From: an uncultured Roseburia sp.
Lineage (GTDB): Bacteria > Bacillota > Clostridia > Lachnospirales > Lachnospiraceae
Direction: 5' to 3'
Length of the DNA: 64,000 nt
Assembly (NCBI GenBank): GCA_947089765.1
Contig: CAMULM010000001.1
Location: forward strand, 139,756 to 203,755
Both the position numbers and the translations under genes were made by a program. Below the pieces are notes generated by a model that ran no database searches, was not told the DNA's origin, and saw only the letters and a program-made list of their open reading frames with translations. This document shows, piece after piece, positions 18,922-28,772 of the stretch. The first letter of the stretch is position 1, and each line of letters starts with the position of its first letter.

Positions 18922-21546
18922 ATGAAAGAAAAAAGTAAGGATATGGGTAAAAAGAAAAAAATCTTAAGGGAAGGCTCGGTTGTGGCGATTTTTATGGCGA
19001 TACTGATCCTTGCAGCGGCTTTTAGAAATTATTTTTCATTTCTTGAGAAACAGTTATTCGAGGAACGAAAAAGCCATATCGTGGAATTTACGGATAAAGC
19101 GGCTGAAATTGTAGACAGTGTCATTGAATATTCATGGCAGCAGGTGTACGCATGTGAACACGTTATGAAAACACGGAAAATTAATTCCGAGGAGAAACTG
19201 CTTGAAGCGCTTGTGTCGACGGCGGATTTTATAGATTCGCAAAATTCCCTTGTGCTGGCGATAGATCAAAGCGCAAATTACTATGCATCGGATGCTGCAA
19301 AAGGAAGATTTTCGCAAACGGAATTTCTGACGGAGGAATCAGGCGATTCCCAGCAGATTGTGACGGAAATTCCGCATAAAAATGGAAATACATATTTTGT
19401 GTGCATGGAACGCTTAAAAGAGCCTATTATGTTTACGGCCGGCAAAAAGATTACACATTTGGCAGTTGCAGTGGATATTGACGTAATGAGGGATAGAAGC
19501 GCCGTGAAGGGGTATGGGGATTTGTGCTATACCTATTTGGTGAATGATGATGGCAGAAGGCTTTACAAATATACTTATGCCAATAACTTTATTGAAGGAT
19601 ACAATATTTTAAATGCTTTAGAGAATGTTGACATTCGAAACGGCGGGACGTATCAGGGATTTGTGCGGGAGTTAGAAAAAGGGGAAAGCCCAGCTCTGGA
19701 ATTTACGTTTATTGATCCAGATGGAAAGAAGCGGAACTGGTTTGTGGCGGGTTCTGCCATTACGTCAAAAAACTGGCATATCCTTCTGTTTGTGCCGACG
19801 GAAGTGCTTGGGGCGAATTCGAATCTGCTTTTAAAGAATACAATCAGATTTTTTGGGATTGTGTCGGTTGTTTTTTTGGCGCTGGCGGCTGTTATTATCG
19901 TAATTACTACGTTGTCAAGGGCGGATAAACGTCTTGTCAGGCAAAAAGACGAGGCAAATCAGCTTCTAAAAACTGCGGTAGAGGAAGCGAACAGCGCAAA
20001 TCAGGCGAAAAGCGATTTTCTCTCTCATATGAGCCATGATATCCGGACGCCGATTAACGGCATTATGGGGATGACGGATATTGCGTTAAAAAATATAGGC
20101 AATGAAAAGAAAGTGTTAGACTGCCTAAAGAAAATCAGCGGTTCTTCCCAGCATCTGCTTGGGCTGATCAATGACGTTTTAGATATGAGCCGGATTGAGT
20201 CAGGCAAGACGAAATTAAACCATGAGAAATTCGATCTGCGCGTCTGCATTGACAACTGTATTTCGATCATTGGCGGCCAGATGGCAACAAGAGATATGGA
20301 AATGGTTCGTATGATTGAACCGTTTGAGCATCCGTTTTTAATTGGCGATGAATTGCATTTGCGTCAGGTATTTATTAATATTCTCGGAAATTCCGTAAAA
20401 TTTACGCCAGATGGCGGCAAGCTGTATTTTCGGGCGAGGGAAAAGAAGGCGGAAAACGGCAGGGCGCTGTTCCGGTTTGAACTGGCGGATACGGGAATTG
20501 GCATGAAAGAAGACTTTTTGCCGCATATTTTTGATGCGTTTTCACAGGAAGACGGCGGGACGCGCACGACGTATAAAGGCACAGGTCTTGGAATGGCAAT
20601 TACGAAAAAGTTTGTGGATCTGATGGACGGACAGATAGAAGTAAAAAGCAAGTTGAATCTGGGTACGGAATTTCAGATTGAAGTCTGGATTGATATTGAT
20701 TCGGAAGCAAAAGAAGATGAATTGCAGGCGGATTTCCATATTGATTTTACAGGAATGAAGGTTCTTTTAGTAGAGGATATTGAACTGAATATGGAGATTG
20801 CCCAGTGTATCTTAGAAGATGAAGGGGCAGTGGTCACTCCGGTTATGAATGGGCGGGAAGCAGTGGATGCGTTTGAGAAAAACCCGGAAGGGACATTTGA
20901 CGTTATTATTATGGATATTATGATGCCGGTGATGGACGGCATAACTGCGGCGAAAACCATTCGTGGATTAGACCGTCCGGATGCAAAGACGATTCCGATT
21001 CTGGCGATGACGGCGAATGCGTATGAAGAAGACGTCAGAAAAACGCATGAAGCGGGAATGAATGCGCATTTGTCGAAACCGATTGACGTAGATATGCTGT
21101 TTAAGACATTGGCGGACGTTTACTTCCCGGAAAAGAAAACGCCAAGTTCAAAGGCTCTTTCTGGCATGAAAGTTCTTTTGGCAGACGATGTGGATTTGAA
21201 TTTGGAAATTGCGAAAGCGATGTTAGAAGAATGGGACGTAGAAGTGACGACGGCGGAAAATGGGCGGGAAGCAGTGGATTTATTTGAAAAAAGCCCAAAA
21301 GGCGGATTTGATGCGATACTGATGGATGTGCATATGCCAGTGATGGATGGCATTGCCGCAGTAAAAACGATCCGTTCTATGGAACGCGCGGATGCAGTTA
21401 CAATACCGATTTTTGCGATGACGGCGGATATTTATGAGGAGGATATTAAGGCAGTTCATGAAGCCGGAATGAATGGGCATTTAGAGAAACCATTAATTGC
21501 GGAAGAAATCATACGAAATCTTTCCGCAGTCTATAAACCTTCTTAA
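18922..21546 (+). CDS. Hybrid sensor histidine kinase (Cache-like extracytoplasmic domain, HisKA, HATPase_c, two REC domains)
   Basis: H-box MSHDIRTPINGIMGMTDIAL. HATPase N/G boxes (NILGNSVKFT, ADTGIGM, GTGLGMAI). Two REC blocks (KVLLVEDIELNMEIA...IIMDIMMPVMDG and KVLLADDVDLNLEIA...ILMDVHMPVMDG). Confidence 0.85.
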   Translation: MKEKSKDMGKKKKILREGSVVAIFMAILILAAAFRNYFSFLEKQLFEERKSHIVEFTDKAAEIVDSVIEYSWQQVYACEHVMKTRKINSEEKLLEALVSTADFIDSQNSLVLAIDQSANYYASDAAKGRFSQTEFLTEESGDSQQIVTEIPHKNGNTYFVCMERLKEPIMFTAGKKITHLAVAVDIDVMRDRSAVKGYGDLCYTYLVNDDGRRLYKYTYANNFIEGYNILNALENVDIRNGGTYQGFVRELEKGESPALEFTFIDPDGKKRNWFVAGSAITSKNWHILLFVPTEVLGANSNLLLKNTIRFFGIVSVVFLALAAVIIVITTLSRADKRLVRQKDEANQLLKTAVEEANSANQAKSDFLSHMSHDIRTPINGIMGMTDIALKNIGNEKKVLDCLKKISGSSQHLLGLINDVLDMSRIESGKTKLNHEKFDLRVCIDNCISIIGGQMATRDMEMVRMIEPFEHPFLIGDELHLRQVFINILGNSVKFTPDGGKLYFRAREKKAENGRALFRFELADTGIGMKEDFLPHIFDAFSQEDGGTRTTYKGTGLGMAITKKFVDLMDGQIEVKSKLNLGTEFQIEVWIDIDSEAKEDELQADFHIDFTGMKVLLVEDIELNMEIAQCILEDEGAVVTPVMNGREAVDAFEKNPEGTFDVIIMDIMMPVMDGITAAKTIRGLDRPDAKTIPILAMTANAYEEDVRKTHEAGMNAHLSKPIDVDMLFKTLADVYFPEKKTPSSKALSGMKVLLADDVDLNLEIAKAMLEEWDVEVTTAENGREAVDLFEKSPKGGFDAILMDVHMPVMDGIAAVKTIRSMERADAVTIPIFAMTADIYEEDIKAVHEAGMNGHLEKPLIAEEIIRNLSAVYKPS

Positions 21547-21574
21547 AAGCTATAGTTTAAAAGGAGGAGTTAAA

Positions 21575-23371
21575 GTGAAGAAAAAAATTTTAACGCTTTT
21601 AACGGGAGTTTTATGTTTATCGACTTGTTTTGCCGGATGTGGATCTGATCAGGCAAAACAAATTCAGAAAAGTTCTGATAAAACAGAAGATGACGGCGCA
21701 AAACGGCAAACGCATGAAGCGGTGACGATAAGCAGTTTTAACAGACTGGTAAAAAAAGAATTTCTCGATGCGTTCCATCAGGTTTACCCAGAGGTGGAAT
21801 TAGACGTGCAAAGCTATTCGGGCATGAATGGAAGCAGTTATTCAAGGCTTACTTTAGAAAATGGGGACATTCCGGATATTTATGTAACAACGCAGAATTT
21901 TAGTAAAGAATCGCAGGAAAAGTATCTTGTGGATTTGTCTAATTATGACTTTATTAACCAGTATTCCAATACGATTTTAGATTCACTTGACGTAAATGGA
22001 AGCATTTATTTGATTCCTTCCGGATACCAGTTGATGGGAATTTATTATAATAAGACGATTCTCGATGAAAATGGCTGGAAGGTTCCAAACAGCTTTCAGG
22101 AACTTTCCGCGCTTGATAAAGAAATTCAGGCGGCGGGCTATCGGACGATGGGGAATGCTATGTCATTGGACGGCTATCCGTTTAACTATTTTTTCAATTT
22201 AGGAAATACACAATATTTCGGCACGCCTGAAGGAACGGCATGGAAAGCCGGTTTTCCGGAAGGAAAAGAGAAAGCGGCAGGAAATGAAGGTTTGAAAAGG
22301 TGTGTGGAGTATTTTAATAAATGGGTGGAGGAAGGCTTTATAAGCGGAGAACATATGCCGCTTGAGCAGTTTATGGAAGGCGGCTGTGTGTTTTATCTCT
22401 GTTTGGGTATCAGTGAATATGAGCATACGGCAGAAAACGGAAAGACTTATCAGTTTGGGACAATGCCATGGTTAAGCGAAGATGGGAGCAATAATATGGT
22501 GACGAGAAATGTGTCGGGCTATATGGGGATCCATAAGACGTTGGAAGAAGATGGCAATGAACAGAAATTAGAAGATGCGTTAAAAGTGTTTCAGTTTATA
22601 TCCACGGCAGAGGGGCAGCGGGCTTTAATGTCGGGCAGCAGCCAGTATATGTCTTCCTTAAATGAAGCAAGTCTGGAAGAAGACAGCCCGTATCAGGAAT
22701 TACAGACTTTCGTAAATGAAGGCCGTACAGTCCCGATGTTATATGTAGGCTGGGAGGATTTGATTATACCGATTGCGCAAGACATTAAATTGCTGATAGA
22801 AGGAAAAATAGATGCTGGAGAGCTGTCAGGCTATTTTGATGAGACGAACGAAGCGTTGCGGAAGGGATCTTCAGAAGATGTGTACGCGATACTTCAGGAA
22901 GAACTGACATTAGAAGAAACGGCGCGTTTGATTGCTATTGCAGAGGGAATGGCAGTGGATGCGGATTGCGCGATGATTTCCCTGAATCAATACCACGGAG
23001 ACAATAAATCGAACAATCAGGGGTTAGGCTGGAAGTTCTATCAGGGAGAACTGACATTAGATTTGATCAATATTGTCTGTCCAAGATCGGATACGATTTC
23101 GGTTTTAGAGATGACAGGGGCGGAAATTAAAAAAATGCAGCAGGAGGGGTTAGACTTAGACGGAGACGGGAATCCTTATGAATATCTGTTGTTTACAAAA
23201 GACGGGGAATTGTCGGATCACACTGTTTATAAACTTGCAGTTTCCACAGGCGAGCTCACGGAGGAAATGCAGAAAAAGGCGAAAGAGACAAAACATTCTC
23301 CTAAAGAAGCGATTGGGCAATATCTGCGGAAGTTGAAAACTGTCAATTCAGAGAAAATTTGTTGGGATTGA
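21575..23371 (+). CDS. Orphan extracellular solute-binding lipoprotein (ABC SBP family 1-like), unusually long, with no adjacent permease or ATPase
   Basis: GGAGG RBS then GTG at 21575. Lipobox LTGVLCLSTCFAGCGS. About 600 aa mature versus about 420 for typical sugar SBPs. It follows the hybrid kinase directly. Confidence 0.65.
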   Translation: MKKKILTLLTGVLCLSTCFAGCGSDQAKQIQKSSDKTEDDGAKRQTHEAVTISSFNRLVKKEFLDAFHQVYPEVELDVQSYSGMNGSSYSRLTLENGDIPDIYVTTQNFSKESQEKYLVDLSNYDFINQYSNTILDSLDVNGSIYLIPSGYQLMGIYYNKTILDENGWKVPNSFQELSALDKEIQAAGYRTMGNAMSLDGYPFNYFFNLGNTQYFGTPEGTAWKAGFPEGKEKAAGNEGLKRCVEYFNKWVEEGFISGEHMPLEQFMEGGCVFYLCLGISEYEHTAENGKTYQFGTMPWLSEDGSNNMVTRNVSGYMGIHKTLEEDGNEQKLEDALKVFQFISTAEGQRALMSGSSQYMSSLNEASLEEDSPYQELQTFVNEGRTVPMLYVGWEDLIIPIAQDIKLLIEGKIDAGELSGYFDETNEALRKGSSEDVYAILQEELTLEETARLIAIAEGMAVDADCAMISLNQYHGDNKSNNQGLGWKFYQGELTLDLINIVCPRSDTISVLEMTGAEIKKMQQEGLDLDGDGNPYEYLLFTKDGELSDHTVYKLAVSTGELTEEMQKKAKETKHSPKEAIGQYLRKLKTVNSEKICWD

Positions 23372-23387
23372 AACGATAAAAAGAAGA

Positions 23388-23422
23388 AGAAAGAGGACGC
23401 TGTGCATTGCGTCCTCTTTCTT
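23388..23422. terminator. Bidirectional terminator between convergent SBP and LRR-protein genes
   Basis: aagaggacgc-tgtgcatt-gcgtcctctt 10-bp stem, then T-rich on the + strand. Confidence 0.6.
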
Positions 23423-23426
23423 GTTG

Positions 23427-26400
23427 TTATTTTACCCTGATTTTGATTTTAGCCTTTTTGCCATTGTATGTCTTTACTGTAATGGTTGCTTGGCCTTTCT
23501 TCTTTGCTGTAACTTTTCCGGTTGGGGAAACAGTTGCGACAGACTTTTTATTAGAAGTAAAGGTGAGTTTGTTGCTTGCAGTGTTTTTCGGCAGTTTTAC
23601 TTTAATCTGGTAGGAAGCTCCCTTTTTCATTTTTTTCATTTTTTTAGATAATGTGATTTTTTTCGGGGCTTTCTTTACAGTCACCCGCATGGTGGCTTTC
23701 TTTCCGCCGGATTCTCTGGCAATTACCCATGCAGTTCCGGCTTTCTTTCCGGTAATCAAACCGTCTGCCGTAATGTTGATTTTTGAATTATTTGGCGTAA
23801 AGGTGACAGACTGATTTGTCGCATTTGCAGGGGCTAAAGTGAGATTAGCCTGATACGTCTCACCAACGCCGATTGTGATTTTGGAAACTGCAAATGAAAG
23901 TTCACTGACAGGGATAGTGTCCTGTTTTGGCGGCTGTGGATCTGGTTTCTGCTGCGCCGGCGGCAGTTCGGGTTCTGTCAGTTCAGCGCCATCGTCCGGT
24001 TTTTGCGTATCGTCCGGTTTTTGCGTATCGTCCGGTTTTTGCGTATCGTCTGGCTTTTGCGTGTCGTCTGGCTTTTGCGTGTCGTCCGGTTTTTGTGTGT
24101 CGTCTGGTTTTTGCGTATCGTCCGGCTTTTGCGTATCGTCTGGTTCTTGTGTGTCGTCCGGCTTTTGCGTATCGTCCGGTTCTTGTGTGTCGTCCGGATC
24201 TGGTTCTTCCGTGTCCGGATTAGGAGGAGTATCCTGTTTCGTGACTGTTACTGTAAAATTATTTGAAATTGCGGATTTCGAAAACCGTTTCTGATCTGTA
24301 ACCGATAATTTACAGTAGAGTGTGACTTCCCCTTCGGATTGTTTAAAATTCGTTTTCAAATTTTCAGGAGTTAAGATAATATAATTTAATCCTGACTTTA
24401 AATCCTGTTGGATTGTTTGATGCGCGACAAGGTGATTGTCCTCATCATAAAACTCTGCGGTCAGCATTGCGTTTGGCAAATCTTCTTCACAGGAGTAAAT
24501 GAGGTCTGCGGAAACGACCCCGTTAAGCATATTTTGTTCATTGCATTCCGCATCGGCAATTAATTCATGTATTTTAAATGGGTTTTCCCGTTCGGAGCTG
24601 GTAAAACGAAGTGAAACCTGACCGTTATCCAATTCCGCTTCTGCGCCGTCGATAAGAACTTCCGCTGTTTCAGGGGCAGTGATGGAGATTTCTTTCTCCT
24701 GATTGATGTCTAACTGGATATCCTGATTTTCAAGCCCCGCAATGTCAATTTCACGTTCCATGCCCGCGTCGTTAATAAGAGTGATATTCACGGAATCGTC
24801 CGGATCTGCGTTCTCACCGGATGCAAGAGTCAGGGAAACGTTATTCTGGGCATCATTTACAGTATTTACGGATAATGCGGCAGTTTCATCGCTTGCCGTT
24901 ACTTCAGCAAATACGTCTTCTGACGCCATAAAGAAGGTTACGTCCTGTTGTTTTGTTTCTTCTGAAGGAGCGTCTGGGCTTTCTTGGGCAACTGTATAAT
25001 TGCCGTCTGGCAGTACATAGCTTCGGATGCCGCTAAACGCATCTCCTTCCACTGTATTGAAAGGTTTCTGCTCGTAAGCGCCTTCAATTTCTTCAATGCC
25101 TTTGCCAGAGCCGTCTGTGACTGTCCCGGCTTCTTTATCAATCGAAACATACAGGGAATTATCTGCTGTTTCGGAATATAACGTCACGTCTGCCATGTTT
25201 GCCGCGATCGCCGTATAATCGACATAGGAAAGAGCTAAATCATAAGATCCATAAGAGAATTCCGTCATTTCTCTGTTGATTGTTAAAGTCTGAAATTCTT
25301 CCGGCGTATTGCAGTCATAGACTTCAATTTCAAAATCGCCGTTATCTGTCTGCGTCCATGAGACAGGGACTAAGGCGTGGCCGCTAAACGGAGAATAAAC
25401 TGCGATAACGACTGGCGTCGCTTCTTCGTCCATGTAAAGACCGCCGCTGTTTTGGAATGCAGTAATGCGTTCTTTTAATCCCTCAAAATCGTTCATATGC
25501 TGTATGATTTCGCCTCTGCATGAAGAAATTTCCGGCAGATATTGGGAAATCTGATATGCTTCAATTAATTTGGTAAGGTTTTTGGAAAAATCATCTTTCA
25601 CTCTGGACGGAGCTTGGATATCATATACATTTTTAATGGAAGATGCAAAGTTCTTCAAATCAAAAGAGCTGTTGTTATTGATGTTTTCATAAAATTCCAG
25701 CGTCGTGCTTGCCATGCCAAAACAAGAGCCGCCCCATCGTTTATTGATGGAATAATAATACGTTCCGGTGATAATGCTGTCTAATACATCGACATACCGT
25801 TGTCTTGGGATGCGGTAATCATAGTCATAGCCGAAAGAGAGGCGGCTGTTGTCAAACGAATAATGATCCTTTTGTTTCGTATAGAAGCGGTCTAACTGTT
25901 TCACTGGAAGATTGCTCCAAAAGCCGCCAAGAGCCGCCCATTGCTCCCCTTCGTCTTTTGCAGGAAGATAGAATAAGACAGCCTTACTGCATTCCGCAAA
26001 TGCGGATTCATTCATGTTCTGTGGGAATGCGCCTTTGAAATACACTTTTTCTAATGCGGCATTTCCTGCGAACGCATTTGCATCTATGTCAGACACGCCT
26101 TCCGGTATGTCAATCTTAGTTAGAGCCGTACAGCCTTTTAAGGCGTTGGAGTTTATGGAAGTTAGTCTGGCGGGCATCGTGACAGAAGTCAAAGCCGCGC
26201 AGTTTTCCAAAACTCCGTTAGAGAGAGCCGTAACTCCATTAGGAATTGTGACAGAAGTCATTCCCGTCATATCTTTCATTGCTCCGGAACCTATAGTAGC
26301 CACATTTGGCGGAATAATAAATGTTTTAAGCGAAGAACAGCCCTGAAGGGAATTTTCTCCTAATGTGGTAAGGGCGTCCGGTAATGTTAAAGCAGTCAGA

Positions 26401-28772
26401 GACGAGCAGCCGGAAAGGATTTCAGATGGGAACTCTGTAACCGGACTGTTTTTAAAATTCATTTCTTTAATGGAAGAACAGCCTTTAAATGCGCGTGAGC
26501 CTAACGATGTTACATTTTGTAAGCTCCATGCGCCTCTTAAAGAAGCATCGCCTGAAAAAGCATCTTCTCCAATATCCGCTATGCTTGAGAAAGTGAGAAA
26601 CACCAGCTTTCCACAGTCTGCAAAAGCAAACTTTCCAATTCTTGACGGTTTACTGTCGGTCGAGAGACGCAGAAGGCGTTTTGCCCCATAGAAGGAAAAG
26701 TCCCCGACTTCCTTAACAGAAGCTTCAACCGTCTGGATTTTATCTATGTACGGATACCATGGGGTCAAAGCCGATTCAGCAAAATCCGACAATACAAGGC
26801 TATCGCCCGTTAATGTCAGACGGTCATTAAAAGCTTCATATTTCCATGAAAAAGTCTCTGTCTGGTTTTCTATCACTTCCGTATCTTCAGGATTCCAGTC
26901 CGCAAACACGAAAGTCGGCCAATATTGGTTGTTTTTCCATTCTTCCGAATCTCTCAGGCGGTACAACAGCAGGTCGTTTGCGTTTGAATTTATGGCAAAT
27001 GAATTTGAATAACTGCCGATGGAGCCGTTTGCCTGCGGTTCGTTTCCGGCAAAGTAAATGGATTTTAGTTTGCTGTTATGGTTTATTGCATTGGCTTGCA
27101 GCACGGAAAGCGTTTGCGGCAGGTAGAGCTCTACTAGTTTCGGGACATAATAAAATGCGTAAGAGCCAACCGTTGCCACTGTTTCAGGAACGTGAAATTC
27201 TTTCTCTGTTTTGCCAAAAGGATAAAACATAAGTGTGGTGAAATCTGCATTATACAATACATTCTCCACTGCTTTTAGTTTGCTGTCCGCGTCCGGCGTA
27301 GTCAATACAGCCAGATTTGCGCAATTTTTAAATGAGCCGCTTGCGCCAAATTGGATGCTGCTGACATTTTTGCCGAATGAAACAGAAGTTAAGTTTTTAC
27401 ATTCTGCAAAAGCATAAGAATTTAAGGTTGTAACGCTGTCTGGTAAAGTTAAAGCAGTCAATGGGCAGCGATAAAACGCATAATTATCAACGAGAGCTGT
27501 TCCATCTGCAATCGCATAGTCTGTCACTGCTGTTGCAGACGGATAAGCGATTGCGCGGTATGGGGCGTTGTTTTTTATTTCATATAAAGCATGATCAATA
27601 ATTCGGAACTTGGCATTTCCGTCGGCAACGCGGATCGTTGTTAAAACGTCAGTGTTATTATTATCCACAATGCCATAAAGAACGCCGCTCCCAATGGTCG
27701 TTACGTTTCGCGGTATGGTTATCTCGGTCAGGCGTGTACATGCAAATGCCCCCGAGCCGATTGAAGTCAGGCTGTCCGGCAATGCAATGCCGTTTATGGA
27801 AGTGTCAAAAAACGCTTTGTCTCCAATGCTTGTTAATCCGCTTCCAAGGGTTATAGCAGATAGATTTCTACAGTAGCTAAAAGCGTCATTGCCAATAGAA
27901 GTTACGCTGTTTGGGATAGTAATGTTATTAAGTCTTTGGCAAAAGTAAAAAGCGCGTTCGCCTATTGTCTGCAGTCTGTTTCCAAGGTCAATCGAGTTTA
28001 ATTGGGAACAGTTTTCAAATGCGGATTGACCGATCGACGTTACATTTGTCAGAGGCGAGATAGTAGTCAGGTTATAGCAGCTAGAAAATGCGTTCTCCTT
28101 AATTTCTGTTACATTGGAGAAAGTAACAGTTCTTAAAAAACTGCCTCGAAATGCAGATGCTCCAATGAACGTCATGCTGTCTGGTAAAGCGATGTTCTTG
28201 AGATTGCTGTTATAAAACGCAGTTGATCCAATGGAAGTCAGCCCGCTTCTCGACAGATCTATAGAGTTTAAAGAGTTTGTTTCTCTAAACGCAGAACTGC
28301 CAATCGAAGTAAGCCCGCTGCCGCAGACAACAGTTTCCAAATCGTAACAGTTTTGGAACGCATTATCGCCGATCGAAGTGACACTGTCCGGCAAAGTAAC
28401 GTTTAAAACGCCTACGATTTGATAAAACGCATAATTGCCAATCGAGGTTACTCCATTGCCGATTTCAATAGTGGAAATGTGTGGCGCATATCCTGACCAC
28501 GGGGCAGAGTCGTATGAATAATTTGACATCTGCCCACTTCCGCTGATAGTCAGCTTGTAAGGAGGGACGTTTGCCAAATTCCAGTTTTCGGGAGGCATAG
28601 CCGTTAGTTTCCAAGTGAGCCCGTTTCCACAGGTTCCTTCGGTCGGGCCCGTTGGCGTTTCAATCGCATAGACCTTTTCGATGGAGAAAAGGGAAGTGGG
28701 GGTTAGTCCTAATACCAACAAAAAAGCCAGTAAAAGACTAACGGCAGGTTTCAACTTTTGTTTCATTTTCAT
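23427..28772 (-). CDS. Giant (1781 aa) secreted cell-surface protein: BspA-type leucine-rich repeats, central papain-like Cys/His region, (DTQKPD)n linker, C-terminal Big_2 Ig-like Lys-rich domains
   Basis: Signal peptide MKMKQKLKPAVSLLLAFLLVLG. Many approximately 23-aa LRR_5-type repeats (LTSIGSSAFRETNSLNSIDLS...). GGSCFGMA ... SGHALVP pair 115 residues apart. Hexapeptide tandem repeat. Big_2-like ATVSPTGKVTAKKKGQATITV. Confidence 0.8.
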   Translation of the reverse strand: MKMKQKLKPAVSLLLAFLLVLGLTPTSLFSIEKVYAIETPTGPTEGTCGNGLTWKLTAMPPENWNLANVPPYKLTISGSGQMSNYSYDSAPWSGYAPHISTIEIGNGVTSIGNYAFYQIVGVLNVTLPDSVTSIGDNAFQNCYDLETVVCGSGLTSIGSSAFRETNSLNSIDLSRSGLTSIGSTAFYNSNLKNIALPDSMTFIGASAFRGSFLRTVTFSNVTEIKENAFSSCYNLTTISPLTNVTSIGQSAFENCSQLNSIDLGNRLQTIGERAFYFCQRLNNITIPNSVTSIGNDAFSYCRNLSAITLGSGLTSIGDKAFFDTSINGIALPDSLTSIGSGAFACTRLTEITIPRNVTTIGSGVLYGIVDNNNTDVLTTIRVADGNAKFRIIDHALYEIKNNAPYRAIAYPSATAVTDYAIADGTALVDNYAFYRCPLTALTLPDSVTTLNSYAFAECKNLTSVSFGKNVSSIQFGASGSFKNCANLAVLTTPDADSKLKAVENVLYNADFTTLMFYPFGKTEKEFHVPETVATVGSYAFYYVPKLVELYLPQTLSVLQANAINHNSKLKSIYFAGNEPQANGSIGSYSNSFAINSNANDLLLYRLRDSEEWKNNQYWPTFVFADWNPEDTEVIENQTETFSWKYEAFNDRLTLTGDSLVLSDFAESALTPWYPYIDKIQTVEASVKEVGDFSFYGAKRLLRLSTDSKPSRIGKFAFADCGKLVFLTFSSIADIGEDAFSGDASLRGAWSLQNVTSLGSRAFKGCSSIKEMNFKNSPVTEFPSEILSGCSSLTALTLPDALTTLGENSLQGCSSLKTFIIPPNVATIGSGAMKDMTGMTSVTIPNGVTALSNGVLENCAALTSVTMPARLTSINSNALKGCTALTKIDIPEGVSDIDANAFAGNAALEKVYFKGAFPQNMNESAFAECSKAVLFYLPAKDEGEQWAALGGFWSNLPVKQLDRFYTKQKDHYSFDNSRLSFGYDYDYRIPRQRYVDVLDSIITGTYYYSINKRWGGSCFGMASTTLEFYENINNNSSFDLKNFASSIKNVYDIQAPSRVKDDFSKNLTKLIEAYQISQYLPEISSCRGEIIQHMNDFEGLKERITAFQNSGGLYMDEEATPVVIAVYSPFSGHALVPVSWTQTDNGDFEIEVYDCNTPEEFQTLTINREMTEFSYGSYDLALSYVDYTAIAANMADVTLYSETADNSLYVSIDKEAGTVTDGSGKGIEEIEGAYEQKPFNTVEGDAFSGIRSYVLPDGNYTVAQESPDAPSEETKQQDVTFFMASEDVFAEVTASDETAALSVNTVNDAQNNVSLTLASGENADPDDSVNITLINDAGMEREIDIAGLENQDIQLDINQEKEISITAPETAEVLIDGAEAELDNGQVSLRFTSSERENPFKIHELIADAECNEQNMLNGVVSADLIYSCEEDLPNAMLTAEFYDEDNHLVAHQTIQQDLKSGLNYIILTPENLKTNFKQSEGEVTLYCKLSVTDQKRFSKSAISNNFTVTVTKQDTPPNPDTEEPDPDDTQEPDDTQKPDDTQEPDDTQKPDDTQKPDDTQKPDDTQKPDDTQKPDDTQKPDDTQKPDDTQKPDDGAELTEPELPPAQQKPDPQPPKQDTIPVSELSFAVSKITIGVGETYQANLTLAPANATNQSVTFTPNNSKINITADGLITGKKAGTAWVIARESGGKKATMRVTVKKAPKKITLSKKMKKMKKGASYQIKVKLPKNTASNKLTFTSNKKSVATVSPTGKVTAKKKGQATITVKTYNGKKAKIKIRVK
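23988..24205. repeat. In-frame tandem repeat, about 12 copies of an 18-bp unit (cgtccggtttttgcgtat and variants) encoding (DTQ[K/E]PD)n in the LRR protein
   Basis: Directly visible head-to-tail 18-bp periodicity with t/c and g/a variants. It produces the spurious + strand ORFs 23875..24294, 23927..24223 and 24003..24266. Confidence 0.9.

Noticed and set aside
23988-24205. Possible CRISPR array (regular short direct repeats)
   Set aside because: Units are contiguous with no unique spacers, sit in frame inside a long ORF and encode a hexapeptide repeat. No cas genes anywhere in the window.
23875-24294. Three + strand ORFs (139, 98 and 87 aa) with striking repetitive Cys/Ser/Gly or Arg/Val/Phe peptide repeats
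   Set aside because: They are the alternative-frame/opposite-strand readout of the 18-bp tandem repeat inside the large minus-strand LRR gene, not independent genes.
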